This document shows positions 1-8,150 of a DNA stretch of 64,000 nt, one piece after another (the stretch's first letter is position 1; each line of letters starts with the position of its first letter). The DNA is taken from NCBI GenBank assembly GCA_051888935.1, contig JBJFCL010000007.1, positions 9,124 to 73,123 of the forward strand, written 5' to 3'. The notes beneath the pieces are model-generated. The model ran no database searches. It worked only from the letters and a program-made list of their open reading frames with translations, and had not been told where the DNA came from. The DNA is from Candidatus Caccovivens sp. Its GTDB lineage: Bacteria > Bacillota > Clostridia > Christensenellales > UBA1242. Both the position numbers and the translations under genes were made by a program.

Positions 1-519
1 GAGGTAATCAACCAAAAGTGCCACGCAAATAACGAGCGACAAAGCAAAAATGATATAAGCACCATAGATGTTTGCGATATACAAGAAAATTGTGGAAAAA
101 ATTCCAATCAAAAAGCCACCTGCTGTCCATTTGTCAAGGTAATTTTTTGCCAAATAATCCCAAAAAGGCATTATCTGTGTTTGACCATCTTCCAACAAAA
201 CTTTGTTGTTTCCAACCACTGCCAACTGCAACATACATAATGCAAAAAAGACTGATAGAATAAGACAAATGGTGTATTTTTTTGACATAACATATTTTCG
301 ATTGTTAAGAAGAGCCAGTCCAACCACAAACAAAATGATACAAAGCGGATATCCAAAAACGCCAAATAATCCTAGCAAAAAAGTTTGAAGAACTGGGACG
401 ACCCCTGTCAAGAACAAAAACACAACAGAAGCCACTGCAATAAATGAAAAGCCAACAATTTTTTTGACATTTTTGTTGTTTTCTTTCTTCTTTTTGGAAT
501 TTAGTTTATAAATTGCCAT
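1..519 (-). CDS. FtsK/SpoIIIE-like DNA translocase, N-terminal membrane domain (partial, runs off window start)
   Basis: Not in the ORF track because it has no stop in the window. ATG at 517-519 (minus) is preceded by a GGGGGA Shine-Dalgarno. Frame is open to base 1 (173 codons, checked triplet by triplet). Translation MAIYKLNSKKKKENNKNVKKIVGFSFIAV...LLGLFGVFGYPLCIILFVVGLAL has a basic tail plus several TM helices, as in FtsK N-termini. The motor domain is outside the window, so the family call is tentative. Confidence 0.4.
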   Translation of the reverse strand, partial: MAIYKLNSKKKKENNKNVKKIVGFSFIAVASVVFLFLTGVVPVLQTFLLGLFGVFGYPLCIILFVVGLALLNNRKYVMSKKYTICLILSVFFALCMLQLAVVGNNKVLLEDGQTQIMPFWDYLAKNYLDKWTAGGFLIGIFSTIFLYIANIYGAYIIFALSLVICVALLVDYL

Positions 520-628
520 TTAGTCCCCCGAAAGATTCTCAAATTCTAGTTGCATTATAGCACTTTCCTTTCGAATTGCCCAAACAGATTTAACAAAAAA
601 ACAAACATATTTTTGTCAAAAGAGAAAT

Positions 629-1387
629 TTATTTCAAATTTTCACTAACTGTGCAAAGTTCAAAACCCTGTTCTTGCAAGGTTTTGATAATATTTGGAAG
701 AGCATTTTTTGTTGCTTCGGTTGGATGCATCAAAACAAAATCGCCACCTTTGCAATTTTTAACCGCTCGGTTGTATATGAGGTTGCTGTCTTTGTCACGC
801 CAATCAATAGTGTCACGACCATCTGTCCACATAATTGTCTTATAACCCAGTTCGCTGGCAATCTCCACAGTTTTTTTGTTGTAAGAGCCACTTGGTGGAG
901 CAAACAAATTCATATCAATCCCCAAAAGTTCTTTGACAATTTTGTGAGTATTGTAAATTTCTTCATGATTTTTGTCAGCAGATAGTTTGCCTTGGTCTTT
1001 GTGATAATATCCATGATTGCCAATTTCGTGTCCTGCATCAAAAATCTTTTGAAGCATATCACTCTCTTGAACTGCCCAAGTTCCTCCCACAAAAAAAGTG
1101 GTCTTGACATTGTATTGTTGAAGTGTTTTAAGCATCTCGTCCAAGAACTCCGTTCCCCAATAGACATTTATCATCAAAGAGACCTTGTTGGACTGTTCAT
1201 TTCCGCTGTAATACACCCCGTTGTACATTTTTGAAGATGTGATGTAATTGACACCAAAAACTGCAACCGTTGAAAGTGCAATCAGCACACAAACAATAAT
1301 CAAATTTTGCACAATTTTGTGCCTACTAATCGTCCAAATTTTTGTTTTCATAGTGTATCGTATGATGGACAACCAAAAAAAAGACAT
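629..1387 (-). CDS. Polysaccharide deacetylase (NodB/CE4 family), membrane anchored
   Basis: 252-aa ORF with an N-terminal TM (IIVCVLIALSTVAVFGV). NodB motifs present: TFFVGGTW, GHEIGNHGYYH, LFAPPSGSY, DTIDW. Start could be 1387 or 1351; no clear SD for either. Confidence 0.8.
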   Translation of the reverse strand: MSFFWLSIIRYTMKTKIWTISRHKIVQNLIIVCVLIALSTVAVFGVNYITSSKMYNGVYYSGNEQSNKVSLMINVYWGTEFLDEMLKTLQQYNVKTTFFVGGTWAVQESDMLQKIFDAGHEIGNHGYYHKDQGKLSADKNHEEIYNTHKIVKELLGIDMNLFAPPSGSYNKKTVEIASELGYKTIMWTDGRDTIDWRDKDSNLIYNRAVKNCKGGDFVLMHPTEATKNALPNIIKTLQEQGFELCTVSENLK

Positions 1388-1517
1388 ACTTATTTAAATT
1401 GCGACCAATCTTCCATTGCAAAATGGGAAACGGGAGTTTCTGAGCCAAGTTTTGATGTTTTATTGCATCTTCTGAAATTTTACTTGTTCGGTTGATTTTC
1501 TGCTAGGAAAAGAAGAT

Positions 1518-1550
1518 TAAAAAAACACCGCTAAGGTGTTTTTCTTTTTT
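1518..1550 (-). terminator. Rho-independent terminator after the 1574-2377 gene
   Basis: Stem AAAAACACC (1522-1530) / GGTGTTTTT (1536-1544) with a 5-nt loop. Flanked by an A-run and T-run, so a T-tract follows on either strand. Confidence 0.6.
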
Positions 1551-1573
1551 GCCTATCAGTTTTTTTAGTGAAC

Positions 1574-2377
1574 TTAAATGGTTTGTTGTGATGACGCCAA
1601 ATATTCATAATAGTCATAAATCAATTCGTTTAGGTCGACAACCAAATGTCGAATGTTCTTGAATTTTTTGGAAGCATAATTAAGTCCAATAACAAGTCCA
1701 TTTATCACCATAAGATCGCGTTTCTCGCAAGCTTGAATGATGGAATTTGTCACGAATTCAACATCATCAAGGGTATCAGTTCTTTTCTTTTCAAATTTCA
1801 AAATAGCCAAGATTTGATTGCAAGATTTTTTGATTTCTGTCAAAAGTTCGTCAAGATGAGGAAATTGTTCTGCTTCTGCCTTCTTTTCTTCTTGGTCTTG
1901 CCAAAGTTTGTCTTGTTCAATTTGTCTTGTGATATCTTCCGCTGTGATATCCGATGCAAGTCCAAAAGTTTTGCAAATTATGTCACGATATGGTCTTATA
2001 ATCTTCTCCAAGAAGTTTTGCATTGGAGTGAGTTTTTTGTCTTGAAAATAAGTTTCCAAAAATTGATTTGCGTTGAGTTTGTCGTTGATTATATCATTGA
2101 AAATTGTCACAGAAAGAGCCAAACGCTTTTTGTCGTCCGTTGGAATGGAAACTTTGACACTGCCCGTCTTTTTATCCACAGAAAACGCTTTGGAAAATTC
2201 TGCGTCTTCGTCAAAATCTTCCAAACATTCACTCAAAAGATTGATGACATCGTCAGATTTTGTCATCACGGACAAAAATTTGTCCAATCTCTTGTTGAGG
2301 TCCAAAAATTTGCCAGTCAACATATCATTGCACGCCAAAACAAACTTTTCAACTTCCAAAATGTCATTTGCTTCCAT
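1574..2377 (-). CDS. Hypothetical cytoplasmic protein (267 aa), acidic and helical, no family recognised
   Basis: ORF with strong SD (GGCGGAGG, 4 nt before the ATG). Balanced amino-acid composition, unlike the F/C/L-rich antisense ORF 1646-2419. Confidence 0.6.
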   Translation of the reverse strand: MEANDILEVEKFVLACNDMLTGKFLDLNKRLDKFLSVMTKSDDVINLLSECLEDFDEDAEFSKAFSVDKKTGSVKVSIPTDDKKRLALSVTIFNDIINDKLNANQFLETYFQDKKLTPMQNFLEKIIRPYRDIICKTFGLASDITAEDITRQIEQDKLWQDQEEKKAEAEQFPHLDELLTEIKKSCNQILAILKFEKKRTDTLDDVEFVTNSIIQACEKRDLMVINGLVIGLNYASKKFKNIRHLVVDLNELIYDYYEYLASSQQTI

Positions 2378-2490
2378 ACAGCCTCCGCCTTTATTGGTTT
2401 ATTTTATCATATAATCTAAAAAAAACAAATAAATTTTGCCAATTAAGCAAAAAATTTGCTTTTTTACTTTCAAAATGATATCATTCAAAC

Positions 2491-3024
2491 ATGAATTACG
2501 ACGCAGTGACCAACAAACTCATAATTTTGTTCTGTTTGGATAAAATGGAAATGCCCCTAACAGAAAACTCTATCATTGAAATTTGCTCGGTCAAAAACGC
2601 ATGGATAAACTATATGGACTGCCTCGACCTTTTGTATCAACTCTCAGAAGCAAAACTTATATACAAAACAGTTTGCAAAGAAGGAGAAATGCGATACAAT
2701 CTCACTTTTGAAGGAAGAGATTGTCTGTCATATTTTTACAAGCGCATTCCAGTTGAACTGCGTGACGAAATTTCAGAATATGCCAAAGCAAATCGTCTTT
2801 CAATCAAGCAAAGTCAAGAATACTATGCAAACTACGCCGATGCCGATGATGGCTCTTATCTTGTGACAATGCGAATTTATGAAAATTTGATTTCCAGTCC
2901 TCTTTTTGAAATCAAAATCAAAGCACCGACTCGCCAAGCAGCAGAAGAAGCATGCAAAAAATGGCGTCAAAACGCTCCAAACATATATGAATATATTTTC
3001 GAGAACTTGGTAAACACCGACTAG
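2491..3024 (+). CDS. DUF4364-like protein (winged-helix-like small regulator family)
   Basis: 177 aa. N-terminus NKLIILFCLDKMEMPLTENSIIEICSVKNAWINYMDCLDLLYQLSEAKLIYK matches the remembered DUF4364 pattern. Assignment is from memory only. Confidence 0.5.
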   Translation: MNYDAVTNKLIILFCLDKMEMPLTENSIIEICSVKNAWINYMDCLDLLYQLSEAKLIYKTVCKEGEMRYNLTFEGRDCLSYFYKRIPVELRDEISEYAKANRLSIKQSQEYYANYADADDGSYLVTMRIYENLISSPLFEIKIKAPTRQAAEEACKKWRQNAPNIYEYIFENLVNTD

Positions 3025-3108
3025 ACTAAAAAAGCCATACAACAGTGGTTTTTTTGTTGGTTTAAATTAACACTTTACTTTTATGTGTTTATTTGATATA
3101 ATAATATC

Positions 3109-4026
3109 ATGAAAAATATTTTGGAAGTCAAAAATTTAACAGTAATGATAAAAGAGCGTTTCTTGGTACAAAACGCATCTTTCGCAATGCATAAGGGTGA
3201 TTGCATTGGAATTGTGGGAGAAGACAAGTCTGGCAAAACAAGTCTTTTAAAAGCAATTTCAGGTTCTCTTCCAATAAGTGATGGGCAAGTTTTGATTGAT
3301 GGGAAAGATATCCTTGAAGACAAGTCAGCACTTAGTGAAGTAAACATTTGTCTTGACCCACCTGTATTTTTTAAATTTCAAACTGTATTTAACAACTTGC
3401 AATATCTTTCCATGTTAAAAGGAGATGTTGACAAAGAACAAATAATAAAAGTGCTCAATCAATTTGGTCTTGCACACAAAATGAAACGCAGAGTGCTGTT
3501 TTTGTCTTATTTTGAAAAAAAATTGATGGCACTTGCACTGGCATTTTTGACCGAACCGAAACTACTTTTGCTTGACGAACCTTTCAAAGGTCTTCCTGCG
3601 GACAAAATCAAAGAACTCAAAGAAGACATTTCTCTTATAAGTTCAAGAGGCACAAGTGTTATCATATCTTCTAGGCATTTGGAACACCTTGAAGATGTTT
3701 GCAAAAATTTTATATTTATGGAAGACCGCAGAATCAAAGAAATTCTCTCTCTTAAAGATTGTGAAAAATACAGCACTCACACAACTTATGCGTTTGTTTC
3801 TGTGAAATATCCGCATTATTGTGGAAAATTGATACAAGATAATTTTAACTTAGATGTCAAACTCTATGGCAAAAAAGTTCTCTTTATTGCCGACGAGGAC
3901 CAAACGGCCGAAATTGTCAAATTTTTCACACAAAATAGAATCGCTGTTTATAAGGCAGGTTATTTAAGTAGAAAATCGGAGAAGATTTTTGCAGACCTTG
4001 CTCCTTATTTTAAGGAGGAAGAATGA
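3109..4026 (+). CDS. ABC transporter ATP-binding protein with a ~90-aa C-terminal extension
   Basis: Walker A GEDKSGKTS, Walker B LLLLDEP, H-loop SSRH. The signature is degenerate (LSYFEKK instead of LSGGQ). Overlaps the downstream permease by 4 nt (ATGA). Confidence 0.8.
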   Translation: MKNILEVKNLTVMIKERFLVQNASFAMHKGDCIGIVGEDKSGKTSLLKAISGSLPISDGQVLIDGKDILEDKSALSEVNICLDPPVFFKFQTVFNNLQYLSMLKGDVDKEQIIKVLNQFGLAHKMKRRVLFLSYFEKKLMALALAFLTEPKLLLLDEPFKGLPADKIKELKEDISLISSRGTSVIISSRHLEHLEDVCKNFIFMEDRRIKEILSLKDCEKYSTHTTYAFVSVKYPHYCGKLIQDNFNLDVKLYGKKVLFIADEDQTAEIVKFFTQNRIAVYKAGYLSRKSEKIFADLAPYFKEEE

Positions 4027-5720
4027 AAAAAATTTTCAAAATAGCACGATATGACTTCAAGCGTCTTATACTCAACCCAATCACACTTGTTGTGATGATA
4101 ATTGTGATGGCATTTTGCCTTATCTTTGGTCTTGCTTACAAAGTGCCAACCACTTCAAAATATAGTGCCACCACCCTTGGACAAACGACACAAGAGATTT
4201 ATATAAACTTTAACGAAAACAACAAAAGCGACAACAAAATCAAATCAGATGCAATGTTGACAGAAGCAAAAGAAATCATTTCCATTCAATCAAGCAACAT
4301 TTGCATGGAACATGACAGTCTCAAATCAATAGTGTCCAAATTTGAAAAAATAAGTGACGATGTTGAAAAATACAATCGTTCTGGTTCGTGCGTTTACACA
4401 GAACTAAACACTCTTGACACTCCGAGTGGGGAAGGTCAAAGCATAATTGAAGCAAAAAATTTGTTATCAAATTTTGTAACTGAATATGCCCAAATGGAGG
4501 AATTTTATAGTAGATTACTGTTTAAAATTGATGAGTTTGAGGACTTGCAAACAATAAGAAATTATTTTGAAGAAGTAACAGCAAGAGATTCCAGTATTTC
4601 GGAAATTTTGGATGATATATATTTACACAAGAATTATTTTTCACAACTCAGCAAAATCTCATCAACTTCACTAATTTGGACAATAACCACCCAAGAGATA
4701 AATGCATTAACCAGCAATTACATCACAAAAGCAGAAACAAAAACTGCTGAGATTTATGCAGAAATGACACGCATATACAATGAAGTTAACGAATTTGATA
4801 TGAAACGCGCAGATGATATGCGCAACCTAATCACCAACTACAAACTTACGACTCAAAGTGCAAAGTTTGCTGTTGTAACAGAACTTGAAATGTTACTTTC
4901 AAAACACCCAAACAATTTCTACGGTTACAAATCTGTCCAAGCGGAAGATACCAAGACAAGTCTTGCAAAAGCAAACTATTTTTTACAAGATGAAGGACTT
5001 TATTACACACAATACCAAGAAGCGTTGAATTTTAATGTCGCATCATACAAAATCACCGCATTTGATTATTCCTACACAATGATGTGTATTATTGGTTTTA
5101 TAACGATTATGTTTGGAATATTCTGTGCTTACAAACTCTTTGGTCGTGACCGCAAAAATGGAAAAATGGATTTGATTCTTTCTCAAAATGTCACTTTCAA
5201 TCAGGTTTTTGTCGGTAAATTTTTGGCTATTGTTTTGTCAACTTCGTTTGTGCTTGCCTTTTATGCAATTCTCACACTTGGTTGGGGAGCAATCATGTTT
5301 GGCTTTTTACCGAATGAAATTTTGGCAATTTTCAATCTCAACACTGCTTATACCATCGCCCCATTTTGGTTCTGGTTAATAAAAATTATAGGCATAGAAC
5401 TACAAGTTCTTTTCTATTCAATCATAACCATTTTCCTTATGAATTTGTCAAGAAAATTTGTTTTGATGTTTTCAGTTTCTTTAACAATTTTTGCAATTGC
5501 AACAATTTGCAATATCTTCCTTAACAATGCACTTTGGTACTGCCTGTTACCTTTCATTCACGCAGACATAACATCTTTCATTGGAGGAGCGACAATGGAA
5601 AGTGGTTTTTTGCGAACCGCTTTGTATATAAATGGAAATTTCTTTATTTCACTGATTTATTATATTGTTATCGTTGCACTTATTTACAACTTCACAAAAC
5701 AATTATTCAAGAAAAATTAA
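4023..5720 (+). CDS. ABC-2-type transporter permease with a large (~300 aa) extracytoplasmic helical domain
   Basis: 565 aa. One N-terminal TM, a long hydrophilic region, then about 5 TM helices at the C-terminus. Translationally coupled to the ATPase. Confidence 0.65.
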   Translation: MKKIFKIARYDFKRLILNPITLVVMIIVMAFCLIFGLAYKVPTTSKYSATTLGQTTQEIYINFNENNKSDNKIKSDAMLTEAKEIISIQSSNICMEHDSLKSIVSKFEKISDDVEKYNRSGSCVYTELNTLDTPSGEGQSIIEAKNLLSNFVTEYAQMEEFYSRLLFKIDEFEDLQTIRNYFEEVTARDSSISEILDDIYLHKNYFSQLSKISSTSLIWTITTQEINALTSNYITKAETKTAEIYAEMTRIYNEVNEFDMKRADDMRNLITNYKLTTQSAKFAVVTELEMLLSKHPNNFYGYKSVQAEDTKTSLAKANYFLQDEGLYYTQYQEALNFNVASYKITAFDYSYTMMCIIGFITIMFGIFCAYKLFGRDRKNGKMDLILSQNVTFNQVFVGKFLAIVLSTSFVLAFYAILTLGWGAIMFGFLPNEILAIFNLNTAYTIAPFWFWLIKIIGIELQVLFYSIITIFLMNLSRKFVLMFSVSLTIFAIATICNIFLNNALWYCLLPFIHADITSFIGGATMESGFLRTALYINGNFFISLIYYIVIVALIYNFTKQLFKKN

Positions 5721-5769
5721 AAAATTATTATATAAATATATAAAAAAATTAGCAAATTAAGCAATTTCC

Positions 5770-5799
5770 TTGATTTTATAATGTAAATTTTGCTAAAAT
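5770..5799 (+). promoter_or_regulatory. Putative sigma-A promoter of the degV-like gene
   Basis: TTGATT (5770-5775), 18-nt spacer, TAAAAT (5794-5799), upstream of SD GAGGAG and ATG 5826. Confidence 0.4.
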
Positions 5800-5825
5800 A
5801 TCATTATATCGAGGAGAAAAAACAT

Positions 5826-6662
5826 ATGAAATATAAAATCGTCACAGAAGCTTCTGTTGATATGCCAAAATCATTTGCTGAGGAAAACGATATCACAATT
5901 TTGCCTATTGAAGTAAACTTTAACGGAGATTTATATCCCGAAGGTTTGCCAAATGACGAATTTTATCAAAAACTCAAAACAACTGGCATAATTCCAAAAA
6001 CCAGCCAGCCAAACCAATATAAATTTGAAACTGCACTTGGACCATATGTAAACAAAGAAGATTGGTTCGTTCTGACAATTGTCATTTCGTCCGACCTTGC
6101 AGGAACAATCGCCCAAGCAAAAAATGCAGTAGAAAATTTGGGAATGAAAAATGTCTATGTTTGTGATTCTCGTGTGACGACTTTTGCAGAAGGTGCTCTT
6201 ATAATTGAAATTGTGAAATATATAAATTCTCACCCGAACGCACAACCACAAGAAGTCATTGATGAACTTGAACGCCTAAAACAAAGCGTTCGACTTGTGG
6301 CAGTTGTTGGCGATTTGAAATATCTCAAACAAGGAGGAAGATTATCTTCTGCTGGTTACATTGCAGCAACCGCACTAAAAATCAAACCAATCATCAGTCT
6401 TGATGGAGGAAAAGTAAACAACATTGCAAAGAAAATTGGCGAAAAGGCAAACGAGTATATGGTCGAACTTGCCAATACACGCGACCGCAAATATCCAATT
6501 TACTTTGGACATTCAGCAAATCCTACACTAATAGAGCATTTCTTGGAAAAATATGCCACTGCTCTTGGCGTTGACCCAAAAAACACACCAATCCATGAAA
6601 TTGGTTGTGTCGTTGGAACTCACGCTGGTCCAAACTGCTATGGACTTGTTTATTTCAAATAA
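5826..6662 (+). CDS. DegV family fatty-acid-binding protein
   Basis: Motifs KIVTEASVDMP, PKTSQPN, ISSDLAGT, VCDSR. Start moved to ATG 5826, which follows GAGGAG; track start 5790 has no SD. Confidence 0.8.
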   Translation: MKYKIVTEASVDMPKSFAEENDITILPIEVNFNGDLYPEGLPNDEFYQKLKTTGIIPKTSQPNQYKFETALGPYVNKEDWFVLTIVISSDLAGTIAQAKNAVENLGMKNVYVCDSRVTTFAEGALIIEIVKYINSHPNAQPQEVIDELERLKQSVRLVAVVGDLKYLKQGGRLSSAGYIAATALKIKPIISLDGGKVNNIAKKIGEKANEYMVELANTRDRKYPIYFGHSANPTLIEHFLEKYATALGVDPKNTPIHEIGCVVGTHAGPNCYGLVYFK

Positions 6663-6697
6663 GACTAAACACAAAAGATGCCGACTTGGCATCTTTT

Positions 6698-6910
6698 TTA
6701 TATCATATTTCCAAATGGTTTTATTCGAGTTGCGGAAATTTCTACATTAAAAACAAATTTGTCCCCCTCCCGTCTATAACGCACCACCAAATCATCATCA
6801 AGCAAAAAGAAGTTGCGAGCAATTGTTGTTACTTCTCCTTTCAAAACTTCCGCAATTTGTTCAAGATTTGTAAATTTGTCTCGAATAAGAAGTTCGTTTA
6901 TTCTTTCCAT
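6698..6910 (-). CDS. minE: MinE-like cell-division topological specificity factor, N-terminally short
   Basis: 70 aa, immediately after the minD stop with its own GGAG SD. ERINELLIRDK...DDDLVVRYRREGDKFVFNVEISATRIK resembles the KERLxLILxxDR contact region plus the C-terminal specificity domain of MinE. Confidence 0.55.
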   Translation of the reverse strand: MERINELLIRDKFTNLEQIAEVLKGEVTTIARNFFLLDDDLVVRYRREGDKFVFNVEISATRIKPFGNMI

Positions 6911-6919
6911 AACATCTCC

Positions 6920-7711
6920 TTAGACATGTTTTTTAATATTTCTCTTAAAATATCCCATAATGCCACGATACTTATAAGTGCAATCATATATTTTTTTACT
7001 TCCGTTATGTATGTTTTCAGATAACAGAGTAAACGCTCTTGCACTTTCGCCGTCAGTCATTATTCGTCCAACACTTGACATCTTTGACACATTGTCGTCC
7101 TCAGGAATCACTCCCAAAAGCGGAATGCCCATAGCTTTGACAATGCTTTCAATATTTATCATCTCACCAGAGAGGAGCAAATCTCCTCTCATTCGATTTA
7201 TGACAAGTCCTTTGCTTTCAATGTTATACTCGCTCAAAAGTCCAACCACCTTGTCGGCGTCACGCAATGAAGACAAATGAGGAGTAACAACAATAAGTGC
7301 CTCATTGGCAGGATAAACCGCCCTGTGAAAGCCGTTCTCAACGCCCGCAGGACAGTCAATCAAAATGTAGTCAAAGGAATGGTCGATGATATCAATAACA
7401 TTTTTTATGTGTTCGCCAGTTATTTTGCTGGAAGCATATGTGTGTGAAGATGGCAAAAGATAAAGTGATGGGTAGTTCTGGTCTTGAATGAGTGCTTGCC
7501 TAACGCGACATTTTCCGCTCACAACATCTGTCAAATCAAACACAACTTGCCTTTCCAATCCCATAATGACATCCAAGTTGTTGAGTCCAATATCAACATC
7601 AATCAGCACAACGCGAAAACCTAGTCTTGACAGATATACGCCAAGATTGGCACAGACGGTGGTTTTCCCAACTCCACCCTTTCCACTTGTGACCACAATT
7701 TTACGAGCCAT
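6920..7711 (-). CDS. minD: Septum site-determining ATPase MinD
   Basis: MARKIVVTSGKGGVGKTT deviant Walker A, then DCPAG, with a C-terminal amphipathic basic tail GIMGYFKRNIKK. Start set at ATG 7711, which follows GAGGTG; track start 7759 is an upstream extension. Confidence 0.9.
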   Translation of the reverse strand: MARKIVVTSGKGGVGKTTVCANLGVYLSRLGFRVVLIDVDIGLNNLDVIMGLERQVVFDLTDVVSGKCRVRQALIQDQNYPSLYLLPSSHTYASSKITGEHIKNVIDIIDHSFDYILIDCPAGVENGFHRAVYPANEALIVVTPHLSSLRDADKVVGLLSEYNIESKGLVINRMRGDLLLSGEMINIESIVKAMGIPLLGVIPEDDNVSKMSSVGRIMTDGESARAFTLLSENIHNGSKKIYDCTYKYRGIMGYFKRNIKKHV

Positions 7712-7814
7712 AATTGCACCTCTGCACATATTATAAATTGTAAAAACCTTAGTTCGCAATAAACATAAAGAGCAAATTTCGTGAAAATTGTCGAGTTTTG
7801 CAAAAGATTTTAAC

Positions 7815-7843
7815 TTGACACCTTTTTATACTTGTGATATCAT
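7815..7843 (+). promoter_or_regulatory. Putative sigma-A promoter, LRR module 1
   Basis: TTGACA (7815-7820), 17-nt spacer, TATCAT (7838-7843). Confidence 0.45.
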
Positions 7844-7862
7844 GAAAATTAGGAGAAAAACA

Positions 7863-8150
7863 ATGATTCAACTTTCAATAAAAGAAATAAAGAACCATGG
7901 CGAATATGTTTTGCAAGACAAGAGTGGCAAAAAACAATCCCTCATCTTGGAATTTTACAACATTACGCCTCCTTCGGTTGACGATGTGTTGTTTTTCCAT
8001 GAAAAAATATTAAATCGTTCTTCGGAAAATTTTGTTCAACCTTTTGCCTTTGCATCTATGACGAAGGAGTCACAACAAATAAATGATGAAGATATAGTTG
8101 GTTTACACACCAAAAACGGCAATTTTGTTTTGAAAAGGGTCTATGGTTAA
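7863..8150 (+). CDS. Small partner protein A1 (95 aa), unknown family, paralogue of 11543-11836
   Basis: ATG 7863 follows AGGAG. Roughly two-thirds identical by eye to the 97-aa product of 11543-11836 (shared MIQLxxKEIKxxGEYVLQxK...QSLILEFYxITPP...GLHTxNGxxVLKRxYG). Stop overlaps the next ATG (TAATG at 8148-8152). Confidence 0.65.
   Translation: MIQLSIKEIKNHGEYVLQDKSGKKQSLILEFYNITPPSVDDVLFFHEKILNRSSENFVQPFAFASMTKESQQINDEDIVGLHTKNGNFVLKRVYG

Noticed and set aside
1646-2419. 257-aa plus-strand ORF overlapping the 1574-2377 gene
   Set aside because: It is an antisense shadow ORF. It is rich in F/C/L/K as expected from reading an AT-rich gene backwards, and it has no SD. The minus-strand ORF has a strong SD and protein-like composition.
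7788-7862. Upstream extensions of track ORFs (7788 start for the small partner, 9807 start for LRR gene 2)
   Set aside because: The predicted -35/-10 elements lie inside these extensions. Good SD sequences precede the internal ATGs at 7863 and 9879. The paralogues align from those ATGs.
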